In this document: positions 62,092-64,000 of the stretch, piece after piece
Position numbering within the stretch: the stretch's first letter is position 1
Layout: each line of letters begins with the position of its first letter
Assembly (NCBI RefSeq): GCF_937870815.1
Contig: NZ_CALMZS010000116.1
Span: 3,416-67,415 of the forward strand
DNA length: 64,000 nucleotides
Source of the DNA: an uncultured Brevundimonas sp.
GTDB lineage: Bacteria > Pseudomonadota > Alphaproteobacteria > Caulobacterales > Caulobacteraceae
Reading direction: 5' to 3'
The notes under the pieces: generated by a model
What the model was told of the DNA's origin: nothing
The model's database searches: none
The model's input: only the letters and a program-made list of their open reading frames with translations
Position numbers and translations under genes: made by a program

Positions 62092-62352
62092 ATGTCGAAA
62101 TCCGCCACGATGAGCCTGCGATTGACTCACGAGCTGAAGGAGAAGCTCGGACAGCTCGCCAGGGAAACGGATCGGACTCCTTCCGCGATCGCTCAGCAGG
62201 GCCTGTCGGAGTATGTCGATCAGCGTCTGTGGATGCTGTCGGAAATCGACAAGAGTATCGAGGATTTCAAGGAAGGCCGGACCGTTCCTCACACTGAGGC
62301 CGTCGCGCGGATTCACGCGACCATCGCACGGTACGAGAAGGTCGATCCTTGA
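62092..62352 (+). CDS. Ribbon-helix-helix (CopG/ParD-type) antitoxin
   Basis: SD GGAGA before the ATG. MSLRLTHELKEKLGQLARETDRTPSAIAQQGLSEYV has the RHH pattern. Confidence 0.75.
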   Translation: MSKSATMSLRLTHELKEKLGQLARETDRTPSAIAQQGLSEYVDQRLWMLSEIDKSIEDFKEGRTVPHTEAVARIHATIARYEKVDP

Positions 62353-62663
62353 GAGAGATCGTCTGGTCCGACACTGCGATCGACCAGTTCGACAAGGCCA
62401 TCGCCTATCTGGCTGAGCGAAACCCGTCCGCTGCACTTCGCCTGTCGGATCGTGTTTTGACCACGATAGAGAGTCTCGCCGTCAGGCCGATCGGTCGTCC
62501 GGGCGAGCGCGTCAATACGTTTGAAAAGGGTGTGCTGAAGACCTCATACCTTCTCGTCTACGGCCTCGTCGGCGGGGCGCACGGAGAGCTGAAGATCCAC
62601 CGGCTGTTTCACATGGCGCAGAACTGGCGGGGCTGGATCCCTGAACCCGGCGAAGAAGTCTAA
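62349..62663 (+). CDS. ParE/RelE-family toxin
   Basis: The TTG start overlaps the antitoxin stop (TTGA). IVWSDTAIDQFDKAIAYLAERNPSAALRLSDRVLTTIESL...YLLVY...IHRLFHMAQNW. Confidence 0.75.
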   Translation: MREIVWSDTAIDQFDKAIAYLAERNPSAALRLSDRVLTTIESLAVRPIGRPGERVNTFEKGVLKTSYLLVYGLVGGAHGELKIHRLFHMAQNWRGWIPEPGEEV

Positions 62664-63004
62664 AACCCCGCCGCCGGCTGCCACAGGCTGAAACTGACCC
62701 CCTGGTCGTCGCTGACCACGACCGAGCGGCCCGTGGCGCTGTCCGAGGGGATCGCGGCCTTGCCGCCCAACTCTGTCACCCGCTTGCACAGGGCGTCGAC
62801 GTCCTCGACCTTGAAATACAGGTGCGCAAAGTCCCTGGCCCGCTCCACCTTGGTGAAGCCGAACGGCGGATCGCTCTCCGCCACATGCAGATAGGTCGGG
62901 TGCGACGACGCCTCGTCGAACCTCCAGCCGAACACGGCGCTGTAGAAGGCCCGGGCCTTGTCGATATCCGGCGTGTCGATGGTGAAGTAGCCGAGCTGGA
63001 TCAT
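62660..63004 (-). CDS. VOC/glyoxalase-family protein
   Basis: MIQLGYFTIDTPDIDKARAFYSAVFGW. It corresponds to only the last 114 codons of ORF 62660..63295. Confidence 0.75.
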   Translation of the reverse strand: MIQLGYFTIDTPDIDKARAFYSAVFGWRFDEASSHPTYLHVAESDPPFGFTKVERARDFAHLYFKVEDVDALCKRVTELGGKAAIPSDSATGRSVVVSDDQGVSFSLWQPAAGF

Positions 63005-63009
63005 GCGCC

Positions 63010-64000
63010 TTAAGCGCTGACCAGCAGCGAAAGTTGCCGGGCCGCCACCTCGCGGCCGCCTTCCTCGATCTCGCGGTCGAGCAGCCGGGTCGGGTATTCG
63101 CCGGTGAAATAGTGGTCGGTGAACTGGGGGTTGCGCGGGTCGCGCGGCCCGGCCTCCATGGCTTCGTAGAGCCCGTCCACCGACAGGAAGCCCAGCGAGT
63201 CGACCTCGAGCTGGGTCCGCATCTCCTCCAGCGTCTTGTTGGCGGCGATCAGCTGGTCGCGCTCGGGCATGTCGATGCCGTAGAAGTCGGGCCACAGGAT
63301 CGGCGGGCTGGCCGAGCGCAGGTGAACCTCGGCGGCGCCCGCGGCGCGCACGGCCCGGACCAGCTTGACCGAGGTGGTGCCGCGCACGATCGAGTCGTCG
63401 ATCAGCACCACCCGCCGGCCCTCGATCACCGAGCGGTTCGGGCTGTGCTTCATCCGCACCCCCTTCTGCCGCGCGCCTTGGCTGGGCTGGATGAAGGTGC
63501 GCCCCAGATAATGGCTGCGGATGATGCCCATCTCATAGGGGATGCCGCTTTCCTGGGCGTAGCCCAGCGCCGCCGGCACGCCCGAATCGGGCACCGGCAC
63601 GACCACGTCGGCCTCGACCGCATGCTCGCGCGCCAGGTGGCGGCCCATGCGCTTGCGCACCTCATAGACCGACTTGCCGTTCACCACGCTGTCGGGGCGG
63701 GAGAAATAGACGTATTCGAACAGGCAGGGCCGGGCCGCCCGGGTCGGGAAGGGCTTCAGCGACTGCAGGCCGTCCTTGTCGATGACCACGACCTCGCCAT
63801 GCTCGACATCGCGCTCGAGGGTGGCCCCGATGGTGTCCAGCGCGCAGGTCTCCGAGGCCAGCACCCAGGCCTCGCCCAGCCGGCCCAGCACCAGCGGCCG
63901 GATGCCCAGCGGATCCCGGGCCCCGATCATCTTGGAGCGGGTCTGGCAGACCAGGGCGTAGCCGCCCTCGATCCGGCCGACGGCGTCGATGAAGCGGTCG
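63010..64000 (-). CDS. purF: Amidophosphoribosyltransferase, C-terminal two-thirds (gene runs off the right edge)
   Basis: Conserved PurF blocks include ARDPLGIRPLVLG, WVLASETCALD, VVPVPDSG and the PRPP loop VVLIDDSIVRGTT. The frame stays open beyond 63930 to the window end. Confidence 0.9.
   Translation of the reverse strand, partial: DRFIDAVGRIEGGYALVCQTRSKMIGARDPLGIRPLVLGRLGEAWVLASETCALDTIGATLERDVEHGEVVVIDKDGLQSLKPFPTRAARPCLFEYVYFSRPDSVVNGKSVYEVRKRMGRHLAREHAVEADVVVPVPDSGVPAALGYAQESGIPYEMGIIRSHYLGRTFIQPSQGARQKGVRMKHSPNRSVIEGRRVVLIDDSIVRGTTSVKLVRAVRAAGAAEVHLRSASPPILWPDFYGIDMPERDQLIAANKTLEEMRTQLEVDSLGFLSVDGLYEAMEAGPRDPRNPQFTDHYFTGEYPTRLLDREIEEGGREVAARQLSLLVSA

Overview
High-GC (roughly two-thirds G+C by eye) chromosomal segment. 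It is probably alphaproteobacterial and looks Caulobacterales-like: the yfgM-like/bamB/der order, an HWE/HisKA_2 kinase, a FixK-type regulator and many TonB-dependent receptors all fit. No rRNA, tRNA, CRISPR array or intact transposase was recognised.

Gene content, left to right:
1. fecI/fecR/fecA-type surface-signalling trio (1-2650).
2. Beta-glucan utilisation locus (2967-13496): MFS, LacI, GH30, TonB-dependent receptor, GH3 and a tryptophan-halogenase-like gene. Two identical LacI-type palindromes lie in it.
3. About 1 kb of degenerate gap with an AT-rich island and a gene relic (13497-14500).
4. Cobalamin riboswitch in front of a class III ribonucleotide reductase cassette (14500-17656). 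Its glycyl-radical domain is a separate 58-codon ORF.
5. SWIM-SNF2 helicase, divergent from a small lower-GC gene (17929-21158).
6. Aminophosphonate / phosphonate-headgroup catabolic cluster (21417-29211) under a HutC-type GntR regulator, with three related palindromes.
7. DeoR-linked operon with no assigned pathway (29499-38878): a TonB-dependent receptor plus two sulfotransferases, two Asp/Asn-beta-hydroxylase-type oxygenases and an alkaline phosphatase.
8. Stress / low-oxygen island (39077-53250) carrying seven FixK/FNR boxes and the FixK-type regulator itself.
9. Housekeeping genes (bglX-like, panB, yfgM-like, bamB, der, purF) interrupted by a parDE-type toxin-antitoxin pair.

Many long antisense shadow ORFs in the supplied track are artefacts of the GC content and were rejected. 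No single clearly novel system can be proven from sequence alone. The best candidates are the sulfotransferase/hydroxylase/TBDR operon, the PhnW-less phosphonate cluster with secreted phosphodiesterases, and the split NrdD.
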